Source of the DNA: Eledone cirrhosa
Lineage: Eukaryota
NCBI GenBank assembly: GCA_964016885.1
Contig: OZ024750.1
Span: forward strand, 43,524,001 to 43,588,000
Direction: 5' to 3'
DNA: 64,000 nucleotides
Made by a program: the position numbers and the translations under genes. The notes below the pieces were generated by a model. It was not told the origin of the DNA, did no database searches, and worked only from the letters and a program-made list of their open reading frames with translations. Positions 27,812 to 41,129 of this stretch are shown here, in pieces; the first letter of the stretch is position 1, and each line of letters begins with the position of its first letter.

Positions 27812-28232
27812 TGTTGTCATATGGTAAAACTAGGGATGTTTGGCTTATAATCCTGGGCTGTTGAGTTCGATTACCAGGGCTGGTGTGTTGTGGTGTTGTC
27901 ATATGGTAAAACTAGGAATGTTTGGCTTATAATCCTGGGCTTGTGAGTTCGATTACCAGGGCTGGTGTTGTGGTGTTGTCATATGGTAAAACTAGGGATG
28001 TTTGGCTTATAATCCTGGGCTTGTGAGTTCGATTACCAGGGCTGGTGAGTTGTCATATGGTAAAACTAGGGATGTTTGGCTAATAATCCTGGGATTATGA
28101 GTTCGATTCCCAGGGCTGGTGTGTTGTGGTGTGGTCATATGGTAAAACTAGGGATGTTTGACTTATAACGCTGGGATTATGAGTTCGATTACCAAGGCTG
28201 GCCTGTTGTGTCGTGTTATTGTCATATGATAA
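27812..28232 (+). repeat. Tandem array of ~75-85-bp tRNA/SINE-head-like units
   Basis: Five units of GTCATATGGTAAAACTAGGGATGTTTGGCTTATAATCCTGGG..GAGTTCGATTACCAGGGCTGG. Confidence 0.8.
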
Positions 28233-28277
28233 AAGTCGACAAGTAGGTAGAGATGAACCTTTATGGTGTATATATAT

Positions 28278-29800
28278 TAATTTATTAAAATAACAGATTA
28301 AAGTTTAAGCAAATAATCGCTGCTTTCACCCTTAACGGGATCTTCTGAAACTAACAAAGTCAATCTGTGAACGCAGAAGTGAATATTTCAAAAAATCTTG
28401 CAACCGGAGGAAGACAGGAAGACGATACTTTGGTTCGTGGAAACATTCCCTGGCAAAGAACGGGAAAAAACGAATATAATACGTCATTATTTGGAGCAGT
28501 GAAAAACAATTACACGCAAAGACAAAACCCCGTTTATGGTATAAAAGAAGTCGTAGACTAATATTTTTTAGGTGGTTCATAGAGACGTTCTCTGGCAATG
28601 AACGGAAAAAACGAAGATAATACGTCATATGTGGAGCGAGGAGAACAATTGCACGCAAAGACAAAAACCACGTAAATGGTATAACTGAAGTCGTAGACTA
28701 AAATTCTAATTAGGAAACCGAATGATTCTCGGCTTCAGAGTTAAGAATAAAGTAAATAAAATACAGAGGTAATTGAAATTAAATAAATACATACACGCAT
28801 CCATATACGTACATACACAAGCATACGCGAAAACACTCGCCATAGGTATACAAATACACGCACGTCCCCCCCCCCCCCCAAAAAAAAAATCCCCCCTCCC
28901 CCCCGCACGCACATACAGAACCCACGCAACGCCTGTAACCGCACGCATACGAATGTATACAGCAAATACACATAAAAATATATATAAAAAATATGGCCTC
29001 AGCCGGATGGCTGAAACAGGTAAAAGAGTAATATATATATATATATGTGTGTGTGTGCGTGTATACATATAATTAAATAAACGTATATAAATAAATAAAT
29101 ACGTATATAACAAGCAAACACCCATACCTACATGTAAATACACATATGTTCGGAGACGAACGTCAACCAAAACACAAAGTACACATATACACACACCCTA
29201 CATACATACGAACCCGCATACTCACACAGACGCAAAACTCACGTATACACATAACCAAAAGCATATGTACCAGAATATATAATATATACGCCATAACATA
29301 TACAATCAAATATACGTACGAGAAAGTATACGTACCTTCACAAAACATACAGGTCATATATACTTACCTATACAAATAAGTAATGGCATAAACATAACAT
29401 ACCATAAACTACCACACCAAGACGTAAATATCCGCGTGTAGTTCGTACTATCCGTTAGGGTATAATGTGGGGCTGTAATACAGGAAAGTTTTGTGCAATT
29501 TATGTTTACAAGCCGAAATTGCCTCAGATTTTTTGTTTAAGATGTGGTCTTTGGCGTAGAGTGTTTCCAGGGCTTCAGCGGCGCAGAGGTCACGTGGTCT
29601 TTTATTTCCGTTATACGATCTAGCCCTAGCTAGGATCTCCCAGTGTAACTTATATTGGGTGTGGTTGTCTTTTAGACTCCAGATATAAGCTGAAAGTGAC
29701 GTCATATTCCTTCTTAAAGGGTAACGAAAAGAATGGGTATGCATGTAAAGACGCTGCTTGAATCTATTGGCAGTTAACCCTATGTAGGCCCTACAGTCGT
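28278..29800 (-). mobile_element. 5'-truncated Penelope-like element: GIY-YIG C-terminus, 3' region and family G hammerhead end
   Basis: GIY-YIG remnant followed on the same strand by two ~142-bp direct repeats (28452-28701) and the family G terminus running into TA repeats. Confidence 0.55.
29448..29800 (-). pseudogene. PLE-type GIY-YIG endonuclease fragment
   Basis: YIGLTANRFKQRLYMH..SF..TSLSAYIWSLK..WEIL..DLC..E..ILNKKSEAISACKHK fits the PLE C-terminal GIY-YIG pattern; no RT upstream. Confidence 0.82.
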
Positions 29801-30154
29801 AGGGGCGCCGTATTATTATATAGAGTTCCCTGGCCATTTTAAGCCTGGTGCAGTCCATCCCTCTCCAGGCCTGAATACTACAGATTTCTTCCAGAGAAAG
29901 ATAGAAAGTGAGAGAGAGTTTGTAAGTGAGAAAGAGTTGTAAAGTAAGAATCGCCTCCAGTACTTGACTGGTACGTTTTTATCCTCGAAAGGATGAAAGG
30001 CAAAGTTGGCCTCACGTAGTCATATAAAATATTTCCGATTACATATCCTCCCCAACCGGTAATTGGCCTAGCGTAGTAAGTATGGTCGACTAAATCAAAA
30101 CGGTGCTCCATCATGGCCGTAGTTAAATAAGGGAAACTAATAAAAGAATAAGCG

Positions 30155-30575
30155 AATAATGGTTTCTGATTTAGGCACAAGGTCAACAATTTGGAGGGAA
30201 GGAAAAGTCAATTAAATCGACCCCAGTGCGTCACTGGTACTTTATTTATCGACGCCGTAAGACTGATAGGCAAAGTTAAGCTCGGTGGGATTTGAACTAG
30301 AGAAAGTAAAGGGCCGTAACTCTATGCCACGAAGCATATTGTACGACGCTTTACCGATACTGCCAATCCACCGTCCTAAATATGTATAAATAATTGTTTC
30401 TACTTTTGGCACAAGGCCAGCAATTACCTCAGTGCATTACTGGTACTTTACTTTACCAACCTCGTAAGGATGAAAGGCAAAGTTAACCTCGACGGGATTT
30501 GAACTCAGACTGTAAAGGGCCGTAACTGTGTGCTACATACATGGCATCTGCCGATAATGCCAACCCACCGACCTA
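30155..30575 (-). mobile_element. Two tandem family 1 SINE copies
   Basis: GGCACAAGG..CTGGTACTTT..GGCAAAGTTAA..GGGATTTGAACT..TGCCAAnCCACCG occurs twice, each followed by CCTAAATATGTATAAATAAT. Confidence 0.8.
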
Positions 30576-31080
30576 AATATGTATAAATAATAATAAACCT
30601 GAGCAAATGTGTAAGGTCAGAGAAAATCACTTTCACATACATCCAGTAAAAAATTTGAATTATTATGTTAACTTAAAGATTGTGTATTATCATCAGGGAC
30701 GTAACTCTCTGCCACGAAGCATGTTGTCAGGTGCTCTAGCAATTACTGCTAATCAACCAATGAATAAACACTTAAAGGAAAGTTAAGTTGGTTTAATATT
30801 GTCACAATCTGCTCGACTACGTGACAATAAACTACAGAGAGATGTTTATAGTTGGTTTGTTGAGGTTTCATGTCTCTTTATGGTTACATTAGCTAGGAAA
30901 TCATAAAAGGTCGCACGTGCATGTGTGTGTGTATGTGCGTGTGCGTGTATGTGTGTGTGTTCGTGTGTGTGTGTGTGTGTATTTGTATCGACGTAATGAA
31001 ATGTATTATGTAAACATGCACATAATAATATACTAGTATCTATACAAACAGGCACACTAGTATATATACATACACGCACG

Positions 31081-31131
<51 letters not shown>

Positions 31132-31282
31132 TACACACACATATATATATATATATGTGTGTGTATGTGTATAGTGTATGCGTGTGTGTGTGTGAGACTT
31201 CTCATGATGTTTCTGTCATTAGCTCGTTATTGATGTCATCAAGAACTAAGTTCCCATATTGGTGATAATTTCTCACATTGAT

Positions 31283-31437
31283 TAGAGAACACATGTGGTA
31301 TAAAAGTTCACCAGTACATGGACATGGACATATATGTTTTGGTATTAGAGAACACATGTGGTGTTAAAAGACCAGTACATGGGGATACATACTTGTTTAG
31401 ATATTAGAGAACACATGTAGTGTTAAAAGACCACTAG
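31283..31437. repeat. ~60-bp tandem repeat, 3 copies
   Basis: ATTAGAGAACACATGTgGTGTTAAAAGACCA. Confidence 0.75.
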
Positions 31438-31486
31438 TACGGTGGCATACATACATACTTACATGTATACATACTTACATACACAC

Positions 31487-32063
31487 ATGGTGGCTGCCAA
31501 CTCGTTTTCGAGTACGACCACTACTTCATATCCATGTAGGAGAACCCCTATCGATGCGCTGAACGAGTGTGACTTTTTAGACCAGCCAGCGACTTGAAAA
31601 CTCTGGTACAAACACTACACTTGTGACAATTATTGACACATAGTGCTGGGCCCATGGTACCATGTGACGACAAGTGCATAGAGATCTCTAGATATAAAGC
31701 AATGCCTGTGCCGTGAAGCTTTTATAGTGAGCAAAGGCACTGCACAAAGCCAGTCCCACTCTCTTAACCAAGATGATATTTACCAAAAAGAAGAACAAGT
31801 CAACATCATTGGATACCATCAGGGTTGCAGGTGTTATATCAGAGTTTTCCTTCTCCTAGAATTCTGCCTTCAAAAAGAGCTTAAGAGCTTAAGAGCTCCT
31901 TTGCCCTTTGACAGGTTTTGTTTTTAGTCCTGCAGGATATCCAAAGTCACCCTCCTCACCAAGAAACCTTGGTGGGGTTGTCAGTTTAGTCGCCAACGAC
32001 CCGACCATGGGACAGGTTGTACTGGAATACATGTTACCAGTGGCACCAAGTGGTGACCTGACA
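31487..32063 (-). mobile_element. Non-autonomous RTE-like retroelement, longer copy
   Basis: Homologous to 23835-24352 with ~95 extra 5' bases; CATA-type repeats on both sides. Confidence 0.65.
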
Positions 32064-33006
32064 TAATACATACATACTTACATACTTACATACTTACATA
32101 CATACATACTTACATACTTACATACATACTTACATACTTACATACATACTTTCATATTTACATACTTACATACTTACATACATGATGGCTGGCCCCTCGT
32201 TATCGAGTATGGGCATTGCACGAAAAAAATAAAGAGATATATATTAACAATTATGCTATTATAATTAGTATTCGATCTGACAAGTATTTACTATTATTTC
32301 GATAAACTTCCAAACAAATCATTGGAAACAATTGATTTGCCTTAGGTTAGCTTTGATCAAGTAAACCAATCAATGATTAAAGCAGCGAATTGGTAGATTC
32401 ACTAGAGACAACAGAATAAATACCTTGTACTAGTTGTAGTTCACTGCAATGTGGATTCAAATCATGTTATTTATCATTTCGAACTCGATAGAGTACCAGT
32501 TCTGTACCGGGGACAATTCTCTCTTTATCACTTCTCTCTCTCTCTTTCCTTCTCTGGAATGGAAGAAATCAGTTCAGTTTAGATCTGGAGAGAAATGAGC
32601 TTCGCCAGGTTTTCAAAATGCCCAAGATGTCACCTCCATTTCAACATCAAGAATTAAGGGTCCGATGCTGGTAAAAACTCAACTTTGAGGCGGTGGATTG
32701 ACAGAAGTGTTTTCTGGTCTTCCACAAAACATCTTGTTCAGGTTTGTAAATTGGTGAGGAACCTTCCAAGTACAAAGGCGGGTCAGTCGGTGTTCTGCCC
32801 ATCTAGCTGTATAAACGTATGTTTTCCCTTAGACCAACGGTCACCAACCAGTGGTCCGAGAGAAAACTTTGGTGCTCTGCAGAAAAACTTGGAGAGCAAT
32901 TTTTATGTTTTCTTAATAATAATAAAACAAAAATAATATTTGGGTAAAATATATTTTATAATCGCCCTAAAAATGTTTCTCCTCAGTAAAGAACTTCCAT
33001 GAAAGA

Positions 33007-33245
33007 ATCATCATCATCATCACCATCATCATCATCACCATCACCATACTCACCATACTCACCATCATCATCATCATCATCATCACCATACTCACCATCA
33101 TCATCATCATCACCACCACCACCACCATCATCATCACCATAATCATCATCATCAACATCATCACCACCATCATCACTATCACCATCATCACCATCATCAT
33201 CATCATCATCATCAACGCCATCATCACCACAACACCATCATCAAC
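33007..33245. repeat. (CAT)/(CAC)n microsatellite
   Basis: Trinucleotide run. Confidence 0.9.
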
Positions 33246-33719
33246 AAGTTGTTAGATTAGCAGACTCGGTAGTATGTCAGTTAAATGTAATAACTGATCT
33301 TGTCTCTGGTTCTTTTTCCATTCCGAGGTCAAATCTCGCCGAGGTCGACTTTCCTTTTTGGTCCTTCCTAACCTAAAGGGGGGACCTTCTTTCTCTCCCT
33401 CCATATATCGTCTAATACTATCTACAGTATTAGTTACAGCACGAAACCTCGACTTACCGCAATTTTTTTAATTCGTTATGTTTGAAAGATATTTTAGTGA
33501 GGCGGGTGTAATGGCGTAAAATATGAAAATGAATGAAATTATATAGAAATAAAATGAAATGAAAATAAGAAAAAACATTTTCCCTACTTTAATATTGAGC
33601 AAGAAAAAAGAGAAATGTCTAAATGAGGTTGTAATTAGATGTGAACGTCATTTTGTCTGAAATTGGCAAGAATTATCTGAATTTCTTCTACAACTACAGA
33701 TGGTATCTCACCTTTACCA

Positions 33720-36073
33720 ACACACATAGATACACACACATACACACGCACATACAGACATACGCATACACACACACAGATACATACAGAGACATACAGA
33801 GACACATACACAATCACACACACATATACACACATACACACACAGAGACACATACACACATAGATACATACAGAGAAACAGACAGATACACACACATACA
33901 CACACACATACAGACATACGCATACCCACACACACACACACACAGATACACAGAGACACATACATAGATACATACAGAGAAACAGACAGATACACACACA
34001 TACACATGCACATACAGACATACGCATACACACACACAGATACATACAGAGACACATACACACATAGATACATACACAATCACACACACATATACACACA
34101 TACACACACACAGACACACACAGACACATACACACATAGATACATACAGAGAAACAGACAGATACACACACAGAAACACACACATACAGACATACACATA
34201 CACACACACAGATACACACAGACACACACAGACACATACACACATAGATACATACAGAGAAACAGACATATACACACACAGAAACACACACATACAGACA
34301 TACGCATACACACACACAGATAGACACAGACACACACAGAGACACATACACACATAGATACATACAGATAAACAGACAGATACACACACATACACACGCA
34401 CATACAAACATACACATACACACACACACACAGATACACACAGACACACTCAGAGGCACAGACACACATAGATACATACAGAGAAACAGATATATACACA
34501 CACAGAAACACACAGACACAGACATATACACACACACACAGAAACACACAGACACAGACATACACAGACACACACACAGATACACACACAGAGACACATA
34601 CATACATAGATACATACAGAGAAACAGACAGATACACACACATACACACGCACATACAGACATACACAATCACACACACAGATACACACAGACACACACA
34701 GAGACATAGATACATACAGAGAAACATACAGATACACACACAGACACACATACACACACACAGACATACACATACACACACACAGACACGAGCACAGAAA
34801 CATAAACATACACACACATACGTACACATACACACACAGACAGACACGAACACAGAAACATACATATACACACATATACACACAGAAACACACACATACA
34901 CATAGAAACACACATAGAGACACGAACACAGAAACATACATATACACACACATACACACAGAAACACACACATACACATAGAAACACACACAGAGACACA
35001 AACACAGAAACATACATATACACACACATACACACACAGAAACATACACATACACACACACATGAACACACACATAAACACACACATAGACACATACATA
35101 GACACACACACGAATACACGCACAGAAAAACACACATACACACACACACGCAGACACACATAAACACAAACACATACATTAACACACAAATATACACACA
35201 AATACACACACAAATACACACATAGAAAAATACACATACACACACGCATACACACACCCATACACACACACAGAAATACACACACACACACACACACACA
35301 AATATACATACATACACAGACACACACATCCACCCACACACAAATATACATACACACAAATACACACATACACACACACACACACAGACAAAAATACATA
35401 CACACACAAATACACATACACATAAACAAACATGCATTATACGTACATAAACACACACACACACCCGCAACACACACAGACTGTTGTACAAGCATATACA
35501 TACGCACACATACACACTTACACACATACACACATACATAGATAGGCACACATAGCGACACATACACACACAAAAACACACACATACATACATATACACA
35601 CAGAAACACACATACACATACATATACACACAGAAGCACACATACACACACAGAAGCAAGCATACATATACATATATACACAAAAACACACATACACATA
35701 CATATACACACACACAGAAACACCCTTACACATACATACACACGTATACACATATATATACATAGGCACACATAGCGACACACACACACACACACACACA
35801 CATACATATACACACAGAAACACACATACACATACATATACACACAGAAACACACATACACATACATATACACACAGAAACACACATACACATACATATA
35901 TACACACACACACAAAAACACACATATAGACATACACACAGAAACAAAGATACACATACATACACACACAGAAACAAACATACACATACATACACACACA
36001 GAAACAAACATACACATACATATACACACAGAAACACACATAGCCACACATAACGACACACATACATCACATA

Positions 36074-36156
<83 letters not shown>
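33720..36156. repeat. Degenerate (CA)/(CAGA)/(CATA) microsatellite field
   Basis: About 2.4 kb of low-complexity repeat. Confidence 0.95.
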
Positions 36157-36157
<1 letters not shown>

Positions 36158-36364
36158 CCAGATATAACGACACATTACACGGCAGCTTCTCATGAATCAA
36201 GGAAGGCAACTGTTGACTAAGCAAATTTCATTTCATCGTTTCATTTACTTAACATAATTTCACCTGACATTACAGATCAATTGTCAATTATTTAGCTGTT
36301 CAATATGTGACTATGTCACCTCACATGGATTGACAGCTTTAAAAGTAATGTTAGCTGACGAAGC

Positions 36365-36441
<77 letters not shown>

Positions 36442-37029
36442 CACACAAAAACAAGATGGCGTAGGACAGAACAAAGGAGAGGCACAAAACAAAGAAAAGA
36501 ATCCCCAGTCACTGAAGAGGTCACAGAATGTGTGACGAAAGAACTTTGACAATATATAAACAACCGTCCGGTTGTGGAACCAACCGACCGAAAATTTATA
36601 AATTTTTTAATTTATAATTTAATTTATAATAAATTGGAGTGAAAGCAACAGGTGCGTGTGTTTCTTATTGGCAACATGACCCTCCCTAAGTATAACAATA
36701 TATATATAATAAAATATATATAACAATATATATATCTATAATATATATAGTAATAATAATAAATGTGAAGATAAAATCCAAAGAGGGGTCGATAAGGATA
36801 AATATATATATCAAATATATAAGAACCCTAGAGCAAATATTTATTAAAATAACAGATTAAAGTTTAAGCAAAGAATCGCTGCATTCACCCTTAACGGGAT
36901 CTTCTGAAACTTCAGTACTGGTATAGAGTTTCAGAAGATCCCGTTAAGGGTGAAAGCAGCGATTCTTTGCTTAAACTTTAATCTGTTATTTTAATATATA
37001 TATATATATATATACAATATATATATACA

Positions 37030-37060
<31 letters not shown>

Positions 37061-37082
37061 ATATATATATATATATATATAT

Positions 37083-37124
<42 letters not shown>

Positions 37125-37220
37125 AAGAATGAAGATTAACATGGTTGGCTGTACAAAGGGCTTTATTTAAAGTACTGACAATTGTTTCGTTGATGGATTA
37201 CCTATAACGATAACTTGTTA

Positions 37221-37311
<91 letters not shown>

Positions 37312-37526
37312 CAAATGGAAACTATATTTATAAAACCATATTTATTTCATTATACATATTTCAAGGACACCAAAGCAAATTACGGTGCGCTTTCATCAGA
37401 TAAAATATAATATAGATCAGTTTTATAAACAAATATTGACATACCCTTAAAGAATGCCATCATGTTGAGTGCTTTATAACAGTTCAAAAAAATATTTGCT
37501 TGTTGTATTCCAATAAATTAAATATA

Positions 37527-37606
<80 letters not shown>

Positions 37607-38127
37607 GTAGAAGTTCTATTTAAATTGTTAGGATACAACAAGCAAATATTTTTATAACAGATATAAAGCACTCAACAAATTATTGGAGTAAAAATACGAT
37701 ATATTAACAAATGGAAACTATATTTATAAAACCATATTTATTTCATTATACATATTTCAAGGACACCAAGTTAAATTATGGTCTGCTTTCATCAGATAAA
37801 ATATAATATAGAGCAGTTTTATAAATAAATATTGACATACTCTTAAAGAATTCCAACAGAAATAGTCGCATTCTTTAAGGGTATGTCAATATTTATTTAT
37901 AAAACTGCTCTATATTATATTTTATCTGATGAAAGCACACCATAATTTAACTTGGTGTCCTTGAAATATGTATAATGAAATAAATATGGTTTTATAAATA
38001 TAGTTTCCATTTGTTAATATATCGTATATATATATATATATTTCGTTTCTGAATTTGTTTAGCAAGATTCTTTATCTTGAAACGTGTGTTGAAACTGATA
38101 TTGTTATGCTTTGGCCTCATGACCCTC

Positions 38128-38307
<180 letters not shown>

Positions 38308-38663
38308 CGAAGGAATTGTGGAACGGAACCAGATGGACCATAACGCACCAGAGTACTCAATACTTAGGGTAGTGGAGTGGGTAATAGGAAAACGTATGAT
38401 CCCGACGGCAGAGCTGAAGCCGTTTCGACGGCTATTTCTGAAATAGCCGTCGAAACGGCTTGAGCTCTGCCGTCGGGGTCATACTTTTTCCTATATATAT
38501 ATATATAAATATAATCTGAGTCCTTCGAATATTAATAATAACATTCGATTCGTTTGCAATTTTGCAGACAAGCCTCAATTTTAGTAGAATGAACCCTTCA
38601 TTCTACTCTTGTGTTGGCATGTGAACAGCATATATTTTCACTAGCTCCCACAGTTTGGCAGGT

Positions 38664-38720
38664 GAACTGTGAGCCATACTGATGAAGGGTGATACCCAGA
38701 AACATTAGTGTCTGCAGTTC
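38664..38720 (+). ncRNA. Hammerhead-like motif, family H, inside fold-back 38540-38820
   Basis: CTGATGA-aGGGT gat ACCCa-GAAA-CA ttag TG-TC-tgCAGTTC; stem I partner GAACTG is offset by several bases. Confidence 0.55.
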
Positions 38721-39007
38721 AGTTCGCATGCCAACACACGAGCAAGAATGAAGTGTTCATTCTACTGACATGGTTATAAAATTGAGGCTTGTTTGCATAA
38801 TTGCAAACGAATCGAATGTTTTCTGCTGGTTTAAGTAATGGGTTGTTATAATACACTGTCTATCCTCCCAAATTTCTGGCTGAAACATAATCACTTATTT
38901 CTATAGAGTTATGAAGTGTGGACGGTTTAAAGGTAGAATCGGTAGAACCTTGAGGTTTTAAGCACAACTCTTTTCATTATATATTCTTTTGTGTCACCAT
39001 ATGTTCC

Positions 39008-39078
<71 letters not shown>
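39008..39078. repeat. (TCTA)n microsatellite, 5' flank of LINE copy 1
   Basis: About 17 TCTA units abutting the element. Confidence 0.95.
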
Positions 39079-39079
<1 letters not shown>

Positions 39080-39280
39080 GATAGAGTAAGACACGCTTCA
39101 CATCGGCTCCGCTATTCCATCGGGATTTACCCTTACTATTGTAAGTACCGGATAAATTTTTCAGTGCAACACATTTGGAACACTAACCCCTGTTATTTAG
39201 GGAAACATTTTTGCATTTACCCCCTTTTTAGGGGGTAAAATAAATATCTATTTTTGCCGAAAAATTTCTTTCTTGGCAGC

Positions 39281-41129
39281 ATGGCGGAAAAGATGGCAGA
39301 CATGTCTGCCATTAGCTCTGCCACGCCCCCCAAGTCTGAAGAACAAAAAATAATTACAACAAAATTAGACAATGAAACAAACAAAGAAAATGAAAAAACA
39401 AAAGTTAAGGAAAATGAGCAAACAGAAAACAAACAAACAGAAAATAATACAAATAACAACAGGGCAACTTTCGCCCAGAAAACAAAACAATCCATTACAT
39501 ACACACCAATTGACCTAACTGCCGCCAGAGAAAAACTGGCCGAAGCAAAGAAACACATTGTTTTGGGGGAGAACGGAATGTTTTCCATTAACTCCCCCCC
39601 CCCCCCCTCAGAATTCAAGAAAGAAAGAACAGAGAACACAGTTCTCTTCAGAACTATACTGAACCAGACAAGAAAGCCAGCACAACCCAGCCAAATGGAA
39701 ATAGAGTTAGTCCTAAAAGACTATATGAAGAATATTCTCTTCATACGAAAGGACCGACTCTATGGCAGCATTTCGGTCCTAACAAGAGACAAGGAAACGG
39801 CAGAGAAGCTTTCCTTAAGCCCACTCTCATCGACAACATACAGCTTCTATCCCTCCTACATGGGTAGAAGAACACAGAGAGTAAAAGTAAAAACAATGCT
39901 GCCCACAATGGACTTCTGGTGGGCTATTGCTGGCTTCATAGACATGGGCGAAGACACAATGCTGTCAATGGGGAAGGCAACTGGAGATGCGTTCCTGGGA
40001 ATGGGCCTCGACATACTAGTCCAAATGAGGCCCGAAAGAATAGCACAAATCCCGGATCGCATCTGGCTGGATGACCTTACCCCAATAGACATAATTGTAG
40101 AGGGGAGAAGACCAGCATGCTATTTATGCATGGAAAGGGGACACGTTAAGGCTAACTGCCCGAAACGTATCCCCCAAAAAGGACTATTGCCCACACCCAC
40201 CACAAACAGTACACCAACACCACCCACCTCCAAAAATACACTAATACCACACACAGCAAACAAAATACAGACACCACCAACCACAAACACAACACAAACA
40301 TCACCACCACCACCACCAAACACAAGCACGACACAAAAATCACCACCACCAACCACAACACAAACATCACCACCACCATCACCAACCACAAGCACGACAC
40401 AAACATTACCACCACCACCACAAAACCCATTCCAAACAAATAATAAAAAAAACAGTAACAAATCTACCCCTCCCGCAAAAAAAACAACCACACAACACGT
40501 CCCTCCCACCTAGCGCTGAAGAGTTTCCCCCAACTTCTGAAGAAGAAGGAGGAGAAGCCTTCAGACAAGTTAAAAGAAAAAAAAGAAAACACACACCCAG
40601 CACACCACAAATAACCCACACACAAACACCAACTCCAATCAAAAACACCCCACCCTCAACAAACAAAAATAAATCTGCGCCTCCCCTCTCCGAAACATTG
40701 ACAGCATCACAAAAAAAGACGTTGCAATACACATATATAAATAAAGAAAACAAAAAACTGGTTAAATTAATAAACAATAACCCTATGGTGCAGACCGAAG
40801 GGCCAAACTTTATCTCAACAGAGAACTTCACCCATTTAAAAATGATAAAGGTCCCTCTGTACCTTTATCGTTCCTTAAAAGAACAATTTAGACGGGACGT
40901 GAGCCCCCCCCCCCCCCCCTGTTTAAAACCGTTGAATCGCGTCCTCTTGAAAGATTTCCCCATAACCGCCCCTCTCCCTGACACAACTCCAAATACCCCA
41001 ACCCCACCACACACGTGTACCCCCACACCACCACAAAACATCCCTCCACTCAACACACCTGATGCCATGGAAATTACGCAACCCGGAGAGGTAGGTGCTT
41101 TTCTTTCTTCACTTTCAACACCAAAATAG
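39281..41129 (+). pseudogene. ORF1, gag-like zinc-knuckle protein, frameshifted near 40470-40510
   Basis: CYLCMERGHVKANC (CX2CX4HX4C) knuckle; the shifted frame reads EEEGGEAFRQVKRKKRKH..QYTYINKENKKLV, matching the continuous ORF1 of copy 2. Confidence 0.85.

Noticed and set aside
25428-28232. CRISPR-like appearance of repeat-plus-linker arrays
   Set aside because: Linkers are GT microsatellite or part of the repeat rather than unique spacers; no cas genes; eukaryotic context.
29448-29858. Stand-alone intact GIY-YIG gene, or a selenocysteine-containing PLE
   Set aside because: The N-terminal GIY half and the RT are missing, a conserved Cys appears mutated, and there is no in-frame TGA.
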